The notes: a model not told the origin generated them from the letters alone. A stretch of DNA of 64,000 bases from Elusimicrobiota bacterium (GCA_043820025.1 JBDRED010000005.1:20442-84441); one strand, 5' to 3'; shown: positions 1-10,740, counted from the stretch's first letter. A program made the numbers and translations.

Positions 1-2370
1 TTTTATTATTGCATTAAACACCTATTGAAATCAACCGGACTAAAACGATTACAAATTAAATATTTTATTATTGGTATGGCCGTAGGGTTTGGAGGAGGAG
101 GGACAGCTTTTTTAATGGTGTTTCAGATAGATATATATCCGTGGCCTCATTTGTTGGTTTTTCTCTATCCTATAATTTTAACTTATGCGATTATGAAATA
201 TCGACTTATGGATATTGACCTTATATGGAGATATGCGCTAAGCAATATTCTATACGCAATAATTTTTTCGCTAATAGTTATTTCCTTTGCATATCCTTTC
301 CGGGAAAAATACATTGTAATCAGCGCAATAGTTTTTCTGGGGTTTTTACTTGCTTCATATTCGCATAAAAGCGTAACGGAATATTTACAGCGTATTATTT
401 TTGGCAAGATCAAAACAATATGGGATGAATTAGAACGAGCCGCTGCTGAAGATAAGGTCTTTCATTCAACTAATGAAGTAATAAGAAATACTTTAAGCAG
501 TATTAATAAAGCAATGAATCTTGATACGATTTCATATTTTGCATTTTTAAATGAGAGAAATACTCTCCTTCTTGCGAGTCGGATGGGAAACGCGAAGTTT
601 CCAAAGAATTATGAAATTGCTCTGCAGAAATCTATAATTTCCAGACTAAATGATTTCCCTCCCCCGATATTTATAGACTCATTAGAACAAGACGTTAATA
701 TTACAGATACAGATAGAACCATACTTAATATGTTAAATATGGTTGAAGCGGAACTTGTTTTTCCCATAAATGTTGTGGGAATATTTACAGGCGTTTTATT
801 TTTAGGTAAGAAAAAAAATGAAAAATTAATCCATAAACAAGATGTAAATAAGTTAAAAAATATTGTAAAAGCGATGGAACGCAGACTGGCTTATGTAATG
901 TTTATCGAATCAAAACTAGAAGATAGCGAGGATAAGTTAAGAGAGCGGATTGAACAGGCGCATTACAAGTATCAAAAACATTTAGTTGATGCGTCAAAAA
1001 GAATGGTTGATATTAAAAATCTTGATGAGCTTTCAAAAGAGGTTGTGCATATAATGCTGAGAAGCGCTAACACTATGTATGCGGCAGTTTATCTATATGA
1101 CGCAGAAAATGAGGTGTATCGCAAAATCTATGAAAAAGGTTCTTTGGAAGGAATAAGTATAATTGATGAAATAAAAGAAGATGAGTATTTACTTAAACTT
1201 CTCAGAGACAGAGACAAGGAGTTATACTTTAAAGATTTATCACGATCAGCAAGCGAACTTGGTTTAAAAGATTTGAAAATGGCGGAAGATCTGGCAAAAA
1301 AGATGGGCGCTTCAATAATAATGCCAATATTTCTTGAGAGGCTCTTAGGTTTCATTGTGGTAGGAGAGAATAGGTCAAAGAAGGATTTTGGAACAAATGA
1401 TATGAATACTCTGCATATGGTTAGTAATAACGCCGGAATGGTAATACAAAATATATATGTCTCAAAAAATGTTGTAAGAGACGCTTTAACAGGATTATAC
1501 AATAGAGGCTATTGCGAAAAATCAATAAGAGATAATATAGAGAAAGCAATAACAGATAACGAGCATGCATCGTTATTAATAATTGATATTGATTTCTTTA
1601 AAAAATATAATGATACATATGGACACCAGCAGGGAGATGATATACTTAAATTATTTGGACAATATCTAAAAGATACAGGAAGGCCTACAGATATTCCGTG
1701 CAGGTATGGCGGAGAGGAGTTTGCGATAATACTGCCTGATACAAATATGGAGGGAGCAAAGATTTTTGCAGAGAGGCTAAGTACAGGATTAAAGGAACAT
1801 AAGGTGCTGAAAACAATAACATTGAGTATTGGCGTTGGAACATTTATCGGAGATATTGGAAAAGAAGATAGAGAAAGTTTAGAGTATAATGTTGAAAAGG
1901 TTCGAGATATCCTATTAAAAAGAGCGGATGACGCGTTGTATAAAGCAAAGGATACAGGAAGAGATAAGGTATGCATTAGCGAAGATATGACGCTAAGCTC
2001 AATAATTGGGAAAGGCATAGATATTCAAAGAGTGCTTTTAATAGAAGATGATGAGATTTTAGCTGAAACAGTAAAGAATTTTATGCAGTTTAAGGGATAT
2101 GAGATAGAGATAAAAAAGACAGGCCGGGAAAGTTTAGATATTGCAAAAGCATTTAGGCCTGACGTGATTCTTTTAGACTTAGGACTTCCGGATATTGACG
2201 GATCTATAGTATTAGAGAGACTGCTTGATATGGGAGTAACATCGCATATAGCTATATTCAGCGCTTATGGAGACAGAAAGGAAGAGATAATGAAGAAAGG
2301 CGCAAAGAAATTCTTCTTAAAACCAACAGATTTGGCAGAGATCGAGGCCTGGATGAAACAACTTTCGTAA
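1..2370 (+). CDS. Membrane sensor diguanylate cyclase with C-terminal receiver domain (multi-TM N-terminus, GAF-like middle, GGDEF, REC); 5'-partial
   Basis: Frame 1 is open from nt 1 with no stop before the TTG at 25, so the gene probably starts upstream of the window. The hydrophobic N-terminus carries YAIMKYRLMDIDL, resembling 7TM sensor modules. The RYGGEEF active site has RPTD (RxxD I-site) five residues upstream. The C-terminus has VLLIEDDE...ILLDLGLPDIDG receiver signatures. Confidence 0.8.
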   Translation, partial: FYYCIKHLLKSTGLKRLQIKYFIIGMAVGFGGGGTAFLMVFQIDIYPWPHLLVFLYPIILTYAIMKYRLMDIDLIWRYALSNILYAIIFSLIVISFAYPFREKYIVISAIVFLGFLLASYSHKSVTEYLQRIIFGKIKTIWDELERAAAEDKVFHSTNEVIRNTLSSINKAMNLDTISYFAFLNERNTLLLASRMGNAKFPKNYEIALQKSIISRLNDFPPPIFIDSLEQDVNITDTDRTILNMLNMVEAELVFPINVVGIFTGVLFLGKKKNEKLIHKQDVNKLKNIVKAMERRLAYVMFIESKLEDSEDKLRERIEQAHYKYQKHLVDASKRMVDIKNLDELSKEVVHIMLRSANTMYAAVYLYDAENEVYRKIYEKGSLEGISIIDEIKEDEYLLKLLRDRDKELYFKDLSRSASELGLKDLKMAEDLAKKMGASIIMPIFLERLLGFIVVGENRSKKDFGTNDMNTLHMVSNNAGMVIQNIYVSKNVVRDALTGLYNRGYCEKSIRDNIEKAITDNEHASLLIIDIDFFKKYNDTYGHQQGDDILKLFGQYLKDTGRPTDIPCRYGGEEFAIILPDTNMEGAKIFAERLSTGLKEHKVLKTITLSIGVGTFIGDIGKEDRESLEYNVEKVRDILLKRADDALYKAKDTGRDKVCISEDMTLSSIIGKGIDIQRVLLIEDDEILAETVKNFMQFKGYEIEIKKTGRESLDIAKAFRPDVILLDLGLPDIDGSIVLERLLDMGVTSHIAIFSAYGDRKEEIMKKGAKKFFLKPTDLAEIEAWMKQLS

Positions 2371-2408
2371 AATACCCAAACTCCCATTTTCTAACCCTTT
2401 TTTATTCC

Positions 2409-2437
2409 TTTACATTCTTCTATAATTATTCTATACT
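2409..2437 (+). promoter_or_regulatory. Candidate sigma70-type promoter for rpsO-pnp (TTTACA-17-TATACT)
   Basis: Hexamers read directly at 2409-2414 and 2432-2437 with 17-nt spacing, about 27 nt upstream of the rpsO ATG. Confidence 0.35.
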
Positions 2438-2463
2438 ACTGTTTCTAATTTAGGGAGGATATT

Positions 2464-2733
2464 ATGAGTATTACAAAAGAAAAAAAGACAGAATTAATTA
2501 AAAAATTTAAAGAACATGAGAAAGATACAGGTTCATCAACTGTCCAGGTAGCTGTTCTCACAGAACGGATTAATAATTTAACTGAACATTTTAAGATTCA
2601 TGCAAAGGACCAGGGCTCTAGAAGAGGGCTTCTTCAGATGGTTGGACAGCGTAGAAAGCTGTTGAGTTATATCAAAAAGCAGGATCTAAAGAAGTATAAT
2701 GATCTTATAGCAAGTCTAAATCTAAGGAAGTAA
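2464..2733 (+). CDS. rpsO: 30S ribosomal protein S15
   Basis: 89 aa with [22 protein letters not shown]...[17 protein letters not shown], the typical S15 pattern. GGAGG RBS upstream. Conserved rpsO-pnp synteny. Confidence 0.95.
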   Translation: MSITKEKKTELIKKFKEHEKDTGSSTVQVAVLTERINNLTEHFKIHAKDQGSRRGLLQMVGQRRKLLSYIKKQDLKKYNDLIASLNLRK

Positions 2734-2737
2734 ATAA

Positions 2738-4819
2738 ATGAAAGAAAAAATAATAAGTATAGACATTGGCGGCAAGCCGCTGATTTTAAAAACGGGTTTA
2801 TTGGCAAAACAGGCTAACGCAAGTGTAACGGTTCAGTATGGTGAAACAGTAGTTTTGGTTACTTTAGTGACAAAAACCAGTGAAGAGGTTACAGATTTTG
2901 TGCCTTTAATGGTTGATTACAGAGAGCGAACATATGCCGCAGGCAGGATCCCGGGCGGTTTTTTTAAACGCGAAGGCAGGCCAAGAGAGTCTGAAATTTT
3001 AGCATCCAGGCTTATTGACAGGCCGCTTAGGCCGCTTTTCCCAAAAGGCATTAATAAAGATATTATTTTAAATGCTATTGTGCTTTCGTCTGACCAGGAA
3101 AACAATCCGGATTTACCTGCGCTTATTGGTTCATCAATGGCAGTTATTTTGTCAGGGCTTCCATTCAGCGGGCCTATTGGCGGGGTTAGAGTCGGATATG
3201 TAAAGGGAGAGTTTAAGATTAACCCTACATTTTCTGAGCTTGAAGATTCAGACCTTGATTTGATTGTTGTAGGCACTGAAAATAGTGTTGCTATGCTTGA
3301 GGGCAGTTCTAATGAGGTTTCTGAAGAAATAATTACTGAAGCAATAATGATTGCTCAGAAAGAAATAGCAAAAATAGTGGATATGCAAAAAAGCTTTGCT
3401 AATGAATGCGGCGTAAAACAAACAAAGGTAGAAAATGTTGAGGATGAGTTTGACGCGCATGTCGCAAGGCTGCTTCCTGAATATAAGGATTCAATAAAGA
3501 AGGGAATAACGATAATAGATAAACTGGAACGAGAACAGGCGTTATCAGAAATTAACGAGAAGATAAAGCAAAACTTTCCGGAAGATGAAAATGGCTCTAT
3601 TGCTTTAACTGTTTATGAACGTTTGACAAATATATGTTTTAGGGAATTAGTGGTAAAGGATAAAAAACGTCCTGATGGCCGCGCGTTTGATGAAGTAAGA
3701 AAAATAACTTGCGGAGTTGGTATTCTGCCTCGTACGCATGGTTCAGCATTGTTTTCCAGAGGAGAAACGCAGGCGCTTGCAGTAGCAACACTCGGAACTC
3801 CTAGGGATAAGCAGATAATAGATGACCTCGAAGGCGAATACAAAAAGCATTTTATGCTTCACTACAATTTCCCGTCATTTGCTGTTGGAGAGGCTAGGCC
3901 TAATAGAGGGCCCGGCAGGCGTGAAATAGGGCATGGCAATCTTGCTGAAAGAGCGTTGGAGCCAATGCTTCCTCAATCTGATAATTTTCCGTATACTATT
4001 AGGATTGTATCTGATATTTTGGAATCAAACGGATCATCGTCAATGGCATCTGTATGCGGCGGGACATTGTCGCTTATGGACGCCGGTGTGCCGATTAAGA
4101 ATCCTGTTGCAGGTATATCGGTAGGTTTGGTTAAAGAAAAGGAAGGCGATGTGCTTCTGGTAGATATAGCCGGGTTTGAAGATCATTACGGAGATATGGA
4201 TTTTAAAGTTGCAGGCACAGTGAATGGAATAACCGCAATACAGCTTGATATTAAAATTGAAGGCCTTGATCGCGGCTTAATAGAAAATACATTAGCTCTT
4301 TCTAAAAAGTCACGATTAAAAATATTGGATATTATGAAAGAAACAATAAAAGAGCCTAGGGCAGAGATGAGTAAGCTTGCTCCAAAGATCGATACAGTTA
4401 TGGTTGATCCCGGCAAGGTTCGTCTTGTGATCGGACAAGGCGGAAAGAATATTAAAAAAATTATGGAAGACTGCAAAGTTGAGATTGATGTAACAGATCT
4501 GGGAGAAGTTATTATCAGCGCTGTGGATGCCGAGGGTTTAGTAAAAGCCAAAGAAATGGTTTTGTTATACACAGCTGATGCGGAAGTTGGTAAGATTTAT
4601 AAAGGAAGAGTTACTAAGATAACAACATTTGGAGCGTTCGTTGAGATTCTGCCCGGCAAAGAAGGGCTTGTTCATGTATCGCAATTGGCTGATAAACGAG
4701 TTGAAAAGGTCGAGGATTTTCTTAGCGAGGGCGACGAGATTTATGTAAAATTATTTGAAATAGATAGCATGGGAAGATTAAATCTTTCTAAAAAAATGGC
4801 TGATAAAGAACGGGGTTAA
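2738..4819 (+). CDS. pnp: Polyribonucleotide nucleotidyltransferase (PNPase)
   Basis: 693 aa with two RNase PH-like halves (RPLRPLFP, GSSSMASVCGG), then KH (GQGGKNIKKI) and S1 (GRVTKITTFGAFVEI) domains. Confidence 0.97.
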   Translation: MKEKIISIDIGGKPLILKTGLLAKQANASVTVQYGETVVLVTLVTKTSEEVTDFVPLMVDYRERTYAAGRIPGGFFKREGRPRESEILASRLIDRPLRPLFPKGINKDIILNAIVLSSDQENNPDLPALIGSSMAVILSGLPFSGPIGGVRVGYVKGEFKINPTFSELEDSDLDLIVVGTENSVAMLEGSSNEVSEEIITEAIMIAQKEIAKIVDMQKSFANECGVKQTKVENVEDEFDAHVARLLPEYKDSIKKGITIIDKLEREQALSEINEKIKQNFPEDENGSIALTVYERLTNICFRELVVKDKKRPDGRAFDEVRKITCGVGILPRTHGSALFSRGETQALAVATLGTPRDKQIIDDLEGEYKKHFMLHYNFPSFAVGEARPNRGPGRREIGHGNLAERALEPMLPQSDNFPYTIRIVSDILESNGSSSMASVCGGTLSLMDAGVPIKNPVAGISVGLVKEKEGDVLLVDIAGFEDHYGDMDFKVAGTVNGITAIQLDIKIEGLDRGLIENTLALSKKSRLKILDIMKETIKEPRAEMSKLAPKIDTVMVDPGKVRLVIGQGGKNIKKIMEDCKVEIDVTDLGEVIISAVDAEGLVKAKEMVLLYTADAEVGKIYKGRVTKITTFGAFVEILPGKEGLVHVSQLADKRVEKVEDFLSEGDEIYVKLFEIDSMGRLNLSKKMADKERG

Positions 4820-4821
4820 TT

Positions 4822-5043
4822 ATGGAGAAATCATTAATTATAAAAGATGTTGTCGGAAATACCGCCGGGCTTATATGGAAACAATTACATGAACAGAGCG
4901 GCGGACTAAGGACGGTTGATTTAAAAAAAGACCTGCTTGTTTCAAATAGCATGCTGTTCGCTGCGATAGGCTGGTTATTTAGAGAAAATAAAATCGAACT
5001 TGTTCCTGAAGAAACAGGGTTTATAGTTAAGCTAATTGGATAG
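4822..5043 (+). CDS. Small winged-helix protein (DUF2582-like)
   Basis: 73 aa. The NTAGLIWKQL...LFAAIGWLFRENKIEL pattern resembles the DUF2582 wHTH family. Starts 3 nt after the pnp stop. Confidence 0.55.
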   Translation: MEKSLIIKDVVGNTAGLIWKQLHEQSGGLRTVDLKKDLLVSNSMLFAAIGWLFRENKIELVPEETGFIVKLIG

Positions 5044-5052
5044 ATTTTATAA

Positions 5053-5106
5053 GCAGGAGATAGTTTGTGTTTCTGAATTAAATACAGCTTATCTCCTGTT
5101 TTTTAA
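5053..5106 (+). terminator. Rho-independent terminator after pnp operon
   Basis: Stem caggagata / tatctcctg followed by a T-run (ttttttaattt). Confidence 0.55.
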
Positions 5107-5253
5107 TTTCGGAGACTCCGAATAAGTTAACAGAGAGAGACAGTTCCTGACTGTTAACCTGCATATCAGTTTATAAATTTGAATTTTAATATTTAGGATT
5201 TTTTGTTCAGTATTTTGAAGAATAGCTGAATATTTGAGCAGGGAGGGCTGATT

Positions 5254-7407
5254 TTGTCTAAAGGAAAAGAAACATCAGAAAATAAATATAAAGAACTGTA
5301 TGGTATTCTTGCCTTTATAGTCGCAGGGCTTTTGTTATACTTTGTCATATTCCCGCGCAATTCGGGAATCATCGGAGCGTTTGTATCATCTCAATGTAAT
5401 TATTTATTTGGTTATGGCAGATATGTGTTACCCATAATGTTTATTGTTATGGGATGGAGTTTTTTTAAGGAAGATATAATACGCTGGATATATAAGGTTA
5501 TTGGCGGCATAGTATTTATTTTTTCCGGGGCGATGTTCCTGGGCCTTTTAAGCAGCGCTGATATGACAGCGGAGTTTGGCGGCGTGGCCGGCAGGCTGTC
5601 AGCATACTTTTCTATAAAACTTTTAGGCGTAGCAGGATCGTATATAATCTCGTTTGCTTTTTTTCTTGTTTCAATAATTTTTATTACCAATGCGTCTATT
5701 AGAAATTTTCTGGACTGGTCTAATAATAGAATTAAAGAATTTATTACAGCGCTTATTTCTAAGGCGCGTGAAACCGCAGAACAAAATATAGTCAAAAAAA
5801 ACAAGAAAAAAAAACCAATAATTAATAAAACCAAAGATGAAGAAATTCGTCAGGCGCCTGCGATTGTGAGGCCGACTCTTCTTGAAGAACCCGGAAAACC
5901 GGTTAAAATAAAGCCTGTAGCTGAGAAGAAGGAAAAGGCAAAGGCTGTTGCAGCGGTTATGCAGGCAGTTCCGGAAGAAGTTTCAATGAGCGATTATAAA
6001 CTGCCTTCGCCTGATCTTCTGGAAAAACCCAGGCATGACAATGTGCAGATGTCAGAAGATGATTTAAAGAAAAATGCAGAGATTCTTCAGAGCACACTGC
6101 AAAACTTTGGCGTTGACGCGCATGTTTCTGAAATCCAGCCCGGTCCTGTGATAACACGTTATGAGGTACAGCTTGCGCCAGGCGTTAAGGTCAGCACAAT
6201 AACTAGCCTTTCTAATGATATTTCCCTTTCCATGAAAGCGGAATCAATTCGTATTCTTGCTCCAATACCCGGGAAATCAGCTGTTGGTATAGAGATCCCA
6301 AATCTTAAATCACAGCCTGTTGTATTTAGAGAGATTATTGAATCAAAGGAATTTAAAAACTCAAAAGCAAAGCTTCCAATCGCAATAGGCAAAACCGTTT
6401 CCGGAAAGGCTATGATTGGGGATATTTCTACTATGCCTCATCTTTTAGTGGCCGGTGCGACAGGCAGCGGCAAGAGCGTATGTATTAATACGATCATAAT
6501 GAGTATTCTTTATAGCGCAAGGCCTGATGAGGTTAAGTTTATACTCGTTGACCCAAAGATGGTGGAACTAAATTATTATCAGGATATGCCGCATCTTTAT
6601 GCGCCGGTTATTACAAATCCAAAAGAGGCTGCGAAGACATTATACGGTTTAGTAATACTTATGGAAAAAAGATATAAGAAGTTTGCTGATAATAAGGTAA
6701 GAAATATAGAATCATATAATGAAAAAATGAAGAAAGAAGGCGAGCCCGGCGACTTTTATGTTGTGGTTATTATTGACGAGCTTGCGGATTTAATGCTTGT
6801 CGCCTCGAGAGAGGTTGAGGAATCAATAGTAAGGCTTACACAGATGGCGCGCGCAGTGGGAATTCATTTGGTGCTCGCTACACAGCGCCCGTCGGTGGAT
6901 GTTATCACAGGCGTTATTAAAGCTAATCTTCCGTCTAGGATTGCGTTTCAGGTAATGTCAAAGACTGACTCAAGGGTAATACTTGACACGATCGGGGCGG
7001 AATACTTGTTGGGCAGGGGAGATATGCTTTATCTTCCTGCCGGAGCGCCAAAGCCTGTGCGGCTTCAGGGAGCTTATTTATCCGAAGAAGATGTGCAGGC
7101 TGTGCTGAGAGATATAAGATCAAAAGCAAAACCTGATTATAATAGAGTTAAGGAAGACTTAACTGCTCCAAAATCCGACGAGGAAGAGGATGACGAGCAA
7201 AAAGCGCTTTTAAGGCGCGCTCTTGAGCTTGTGGTTGAACGGAAAAAAGTTTCGTATGATTTATTGCGCGCGAATGGTTTCAGCGGGCCTAAAGCCACAA
7301 ATTTAATGAGTATTATGGAAATGAAAGGATTTATTGAAAAGCCAAGAGGAACGAATAAATGGGAAATATATTTTGATAAGATTGAAGAATACGCAGGCGG
7401 TCAATAA
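5254..7407 (+). CDS. ftsK: DNA translocase FtsK
   Basis: N-terminal TM segments, a charged/proline-rich linker, a motor domain with Walker A GATGSGKSV and Walker B VVIIDELADL, and a C-terminal gamma wHTH domain. Confidence 0.93.
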   Translation: MSKGKETSENKYKELYGILAFIVAGLLLYFVIFPRNSGIIGAFVSSQCNYLFGYGRYVLPIMFIVMGWSFFKEDIIRWIYKVIGGIVFIFSGAMFLGLLSSADMTAEFGGVAGRLSAYFSIKLLGVAGSYIISFAFFLVSIIFITNASIRNFLDWSNNRIKEFITALISKARETAEQNIVKKNKKKKPIINKTKDEEIRQAPAIVRPTLLEEPGKPVKIKPVAEKKEKAKAVAAVMQAVPEEVSMSDYKLPSPDLLEKPRHDNVQMSEDDLKKNAEILQSTLQNFGVDAHVSEIQPGPVITRYEVQLAPGVKVSTITSLSNDISLSMKAESIRILAPIPGKSAVGIEIPNLKSQPVVFREIIESKEFKNSKAKLPIAIGKTVSGKAMIGDISTMPHLLVAGATGSGKSVCINTIIMSILYSARPDEVKFILVDPKMVELNYYQDMPHLYAPVITNPKEAAKTLYGLVILMEKRYKKFADNKVRNIESYNEKMKKEGEPGDFYVVVIIDELADLMLVASREVEESIVRLTQMARAVGIHLVLATQRPSVDVITGVIKANLPSRIAFQVMSKTDSRVILDTIGAEYLLGRGDMLYLPAGAPKPVRLQGAYLSEEDVQAVLRDIRSKAKPDYNRVKEDLTAPKSDEEEDDEQKALLRRALELVVERKKVSYDLLRANGFSGPKATNLMSIMEMKGFIEKPRGTNKWEIYFDKIEEYAGGQ

Positions 7408-8051
7408 TGCTGAGGAAATATTTATTATTTGTTATTTTTTTTATGATATTCGTGATGCCTCTCAGAGCAATGTCCGGCGAAGAGTTGATCAATAAACTTC
7501 AAGTCAGGGAAGACGCTGTGAAGACAATGCAGTTTGCGTACACGCAGAGCATTAAATCTCCGGAGATTGAACAGGAAAATATGATCAAAGGCATTGTGTA
7601 TTTTAAGAAACCGAATAAGTTTTTTATTAAAACTCAAAGCCCGTACGTACAGCATTTTATAAGCAATGGAGATACGCTTTGGATATATACGCCGGAGAAT
7701 AAACAAGCGATAAAACGCGCGGCTGATACTCTGTTACAAGAGGAACATATTGCAAGATTTTTTGATTTTATTTTCAATATTGAGAAATGTGACGAGCAGT
7801 ATAAATCGCTGCCTTTAAGACAAAATAAAAATTATTATTATCTTTCATTAGTGTCGAAACAGGACAATGCCGAAGCAATTAAGCTGTCAATAAATAAAGA
7901 GCTGATGTTTCCTCAAAAAATAGAATTATTTAGCGGGGAGATTACAATAGCGACTAGTTTGAGCGCTATAAAGTTTGATAAGATTATAAAGAATAAAGAA
8001 TTCGAATTTATTGCGCCCAAAGATGTAGAAATATGGGAAATGGAGGACTAG
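7407..8051 (+). CDS. LolA-like outer-membrane lipoprotein carrier protein
   Basis: Signal peptide. FAYTQS...GIVYFKKPNKFFIKTQSP...NGDTLWIYTPENKQ matches the LolA family pattern. ATGA-type overlap with ftsK. Confidence 0.7.
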   Translation: MLRKYLLFVIFFMIFVMPLRAMSGEELINKLQVREDAVKTMQFAYTQSIKSPEIEQENMIKGIVYFKKPNKFFIKTQSPYVQHFISNGDTLWIYTPENKQAIKRAADTLLQEEHIARFFDFIFNIEKCDEQYKSLPLRQNKNYYYLSLVSKQDNAEAIKLSINKELMFPQKIELFSGEITIATSLSAIKFDKIIKNKEFEFIAPKDVEIWEMED

Positions 8052-8057
8052 ATAATT

Positions 8058-8834
8058 ATGTCACTCGGAATATATCTAAAAAACGCAAGACAGAAAATGA
8101 GACTTGAAATACATGATATAAGCGTTAAGACTCGCATTAACAAAAAATATCTTCAAGCATTTGAAAATGAGGAATTTGACGCGCTGCCTGAGGAAGTTTA
8201 TGTTAAAGGATTCCTTAAAAATTACGCGGCTGAATTATCGCTAAATCCCGAAGAGGTTGTGGATTTATACATAAAAACCAGATATGGGGATAGTATTATG
8301 CAGGTGAAAAATGATTCTTATCCTCCTCAACCTATTTTCTTTAGACAAAAAATTGATGTAAAAAGAAATATTTTAGGCGCTGTGGCTGTTGTGAGTTCGC
8401 TAAGTCTGGCTATTTTCTTTATTGTAAAAATGACGCTGTTTTCCTACTCTTTGCCTAAGGTGTTTACTCCTGCAGTCCCAAGCGATGCCATTATAGAAAA
8501 TATTATTTCGAATAGCACTGTTCTGGCGAATCCTTCTGTGACGAGCTTAATTAAAAAACCTATACCGCAAATGCCGCTCAAATTTAAAATTAATACAATC
8601 GGAAAAGTTTGGATTTGTGTAACTATTGACGGTAAAGTCGCTTTTCAGGGCGAGCTGGATAAAGGATATAATAAGAATTGGGAAGCAAAACAAGATTTTA
8701 CATTAAAGATTGGGAATGTGTGGGGCATTTTGTTGAGTCTGAATGGCAAGGAAGTGGATGTAAAGAAAAACAGCGTAAGAGGCGTTAATACTATAAGCAT
8801 TAACAGAAAGAATTATAAGAATTGGCTTAAATGA
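8058..8834 (+). CDS. RodZ-like cytoskeleton protein (N-terminal HTH, TM, C-terminal DUF4115-like)
   Basis: N-terminal LGIYLKNARQKMRLEIHDISVKTRINKKYLQAFE is an Xre-type HTH as in RodZ. A single TM follows, with a beta-rich C-terminal domain. Confidence 0.7.
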   Translation: MSLGIYLKNARQKMRLEIHDISVKTRINKKYLQAFENEEFDALPEEVYVKGFLKNYAAELSLNPEEVVDLYIKTRYGDSIMQVKNDSYPPQPIFFRQKIDVKRNILGAVAVVSSLSLAIFFIVKMTLFSYSLPKVFTPAVPSDAIIENIISNSTVLANPSVTSLIKKPIPQMPLKFKINTIGKVWICVTIDGKVAFQGELDKGYNKNWEAKQDFTLKIGNVWGILLSLNGKEVDVKKNSVRGVNTISINRKNYKNWLK

Positions 8835-10174
8835 AAAAAATATATTTTATAACTTTAGGATGCAATAAAAATCAGGTTGATAGCGAATATATCACAGCTC
8901 GGATAGCTCCAATATTTCAATTAACCGGGAATCCTGAAGAAGCGGATATAATAATTATAAGCGGCTGTAGTTTTTTGAAGTCTGCTCGTGATGAGGCTGA
9001 GGATTATATTACAGAGTATATAAAGTACAAAGAGAATAAGTGCAGCTGCCTCATTGTTTCAGGGTGTTTTGGCGAGTACGCGGCAGATGAAATTATAAAT
9101 AATTTTGCTGATGTGGATATAGTTGTAGGAATTGCGTATTTTCATATATTGCCAAATATAATAAAAAGTTTTTATAACAAGACGTTAGAAAAACGCGTTT
9201 GGATCGGCTCAAAGGATATAAGCAGTCTATATGATAAAGGGCTGCGTGTTGTGCCGTATGGCGCCAGCGCCTATGTAAAAATTTCGGATGGCTGCGATAA
9301 TAGATGTTCTTATTGCCTTATACCGGCCATACGAGGATCTTTGCAGAGCAGGAGCATAAAGGATATAAAGGATGAGGTCGTAAAGCTGGCTGACAATGGA
9401 GTCAAAGAGATTAATCTTTTAGCTCAGGATATCGGCTCCTATGGTATTGACAGAAAGGATGGGGCGAATCTTTATAAACTGTTAACAGAGCTTGTTAAGA
9501 TACAGGGTATTAAGTGGATACGGCTTTTGTATCTACATCCCAGGCATATTAATGAAGCTTTTGCGAAGCTGGTTTGTGACGAAGAAAAGATTTGTTCATA
9601 TTTAGATATTCCGCTTCAGCATATAAATGACAAAATATTACAGGCTATGAATAGGAATATCACAAGTCAAGAGATAATAGAAAAAATTGAGATGCTTAGA
9701 AAAAATATACCTGAACTGGTGCTTAGAACAACATTTATTGTCGGGTTTCCGGGTGAAACCAATAGTGACTTTAATGAGCTGTTAGACTTTGCGGGTAAAT
9801 ATATTTTTGATAAAATCGGCGTATTTTGTTATTCAGAGGAACAAGGGACAAAAGCTGTCGAATATAGTAACAAGATTACGCAAGAAATAAAGGAAGAGCG
9901 TTTTAAAAAGTTAATTGAGAGACAGGAACAGATTGCGCAGGAGCATAACAAGAAATGGATTGGCAAAGAACTCGATATAATTGTCGAGAATTATATCAAA
10001 GATAAAAAAACAGGCGTTGGGCGTATGTATGGTATGGCGCCTGACGTTGACGGAGTAGTTTATTTTCAGACGTGTAAAGCTGTCAGCTCAGGGCAGTTCG
10101 TTAAGGTAAAAATTATTAAAACAGATGCATATGATATGTATGGGACACAGAGCGCGATTGCGAGGACAAAATGA
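8831..10174 (+). CDS. rimO: Ribosomal protein S12 methylthiotransferase RimO (radical SAM, MiaB family)
   Basis: N-terminal LGCNKNQVDSE cluster, radical-SAM CDNRCSYCLIP, and a C-terminal TRAM-like domain. Confidence 0.85.
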   Translation: MKKIYFITLGCNKNQVDSEYITARIAPIFQLTGNPEEADIIIISGCSFLKSARDEAEDYITEYIKYKENKCSCLIVSGCFGEYAADEIINNFADVDIVVGIAYFHILPNIIKSFYNKTLEKRVWIGSKDISSLYDKGLRVVPYGASAYVKISDGCDNRCSYCLIPAIRGSLQSRSIKDIKDEVVKLADNGVKEINLLAQDIGSYGIDRKDGANLYKLLTELVKIQGIKWIRLLYLHPRHINEAFAKLVCDEEKICSYLDIPLQHINDKILQAMNRNITSQEIIEKIEMLRKNIPELVLRTTFIVGFPGETNSDFNELLDFAGKYIFDKIGVFCYSEEQGTKAVEYSNKITQEIKEERFKKLIERQEQIAQEHNKKWIGKELDIIVENYIKDKKTGVGRMYGMAPDVDGVVYFQTCKAVSSGQFVKVKIIKTDAYDMYGTQSAIARTK

Positions 10175-10740
10175 ATATTTCAAATAAATTAACCATAAGC
10201 AGAATTTTTATTATGCCTATATTTATTGCTGGCGTAACTTTCCCCGGAGTAGTATGGAAGCTGACAGCGCTTATATGTTTCTTTTATGTGGCGTTTTCTG
10301 ACTGGTTGGACGGAGCGCTTGCCAGGAAGTATGGCTGGGTGTCGGATTTTGGGAAGTTTATGGATCCATTGGCAGACAAGATTTTTATTTGCAGCGCGTT
10401 TATATCATTTGTGGATGTCACATATTTAAATATACCTTCTTGGATGATAATAATAATAATCAGCAGAGAGTTTATGATAACAGGTTTGAGAACACTCGCG
10501 GTTTCTAAAGGCATAGTTCTTCCTGCTACAAATTCCGGTAAGTTTAAGACGACATCGCAGCTTATTGCGATATTTATTATTTTGACAATACTCATTTTAA
10601 AAGAAATGGATGTTCCTATAGATTATCATATATATTTTAAGATGACGCCTATGATAATAACCGGAGTGGTAACGCTTCTTACGGTTATTTCAGGATATCA
10701 TTATTTGCTGGATAACGGAAGTTTCTTGAAAGATAATTAA
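10171..10740 (+). CDS. pgsA: CDP-diacylglycerol--glycerol-3-phosphate 3-phosphatidyltransferase
   Basis: CDP-alcohol phosphatidyltransferase motif DWLDGALARK...GKFMDPLADK. Multi-TM protein. Confidence 0.9.
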   Translation: MNISNKLTISRIFIMPIFIAGVTFPGVVWKLTALICFFYVAFSDWLDGALARKYGWVSDFGKFMDPLADKIFICSAFISFVDVTYLNIPSWMIIIIISREFMITGLRTLAVSKGIVLPATNSGKFKTTSQLIAIFIILTILILKEMDVPIDYHIYFKMTPMIITGVVTLLTVISGYHYLLDNGSFLKDN

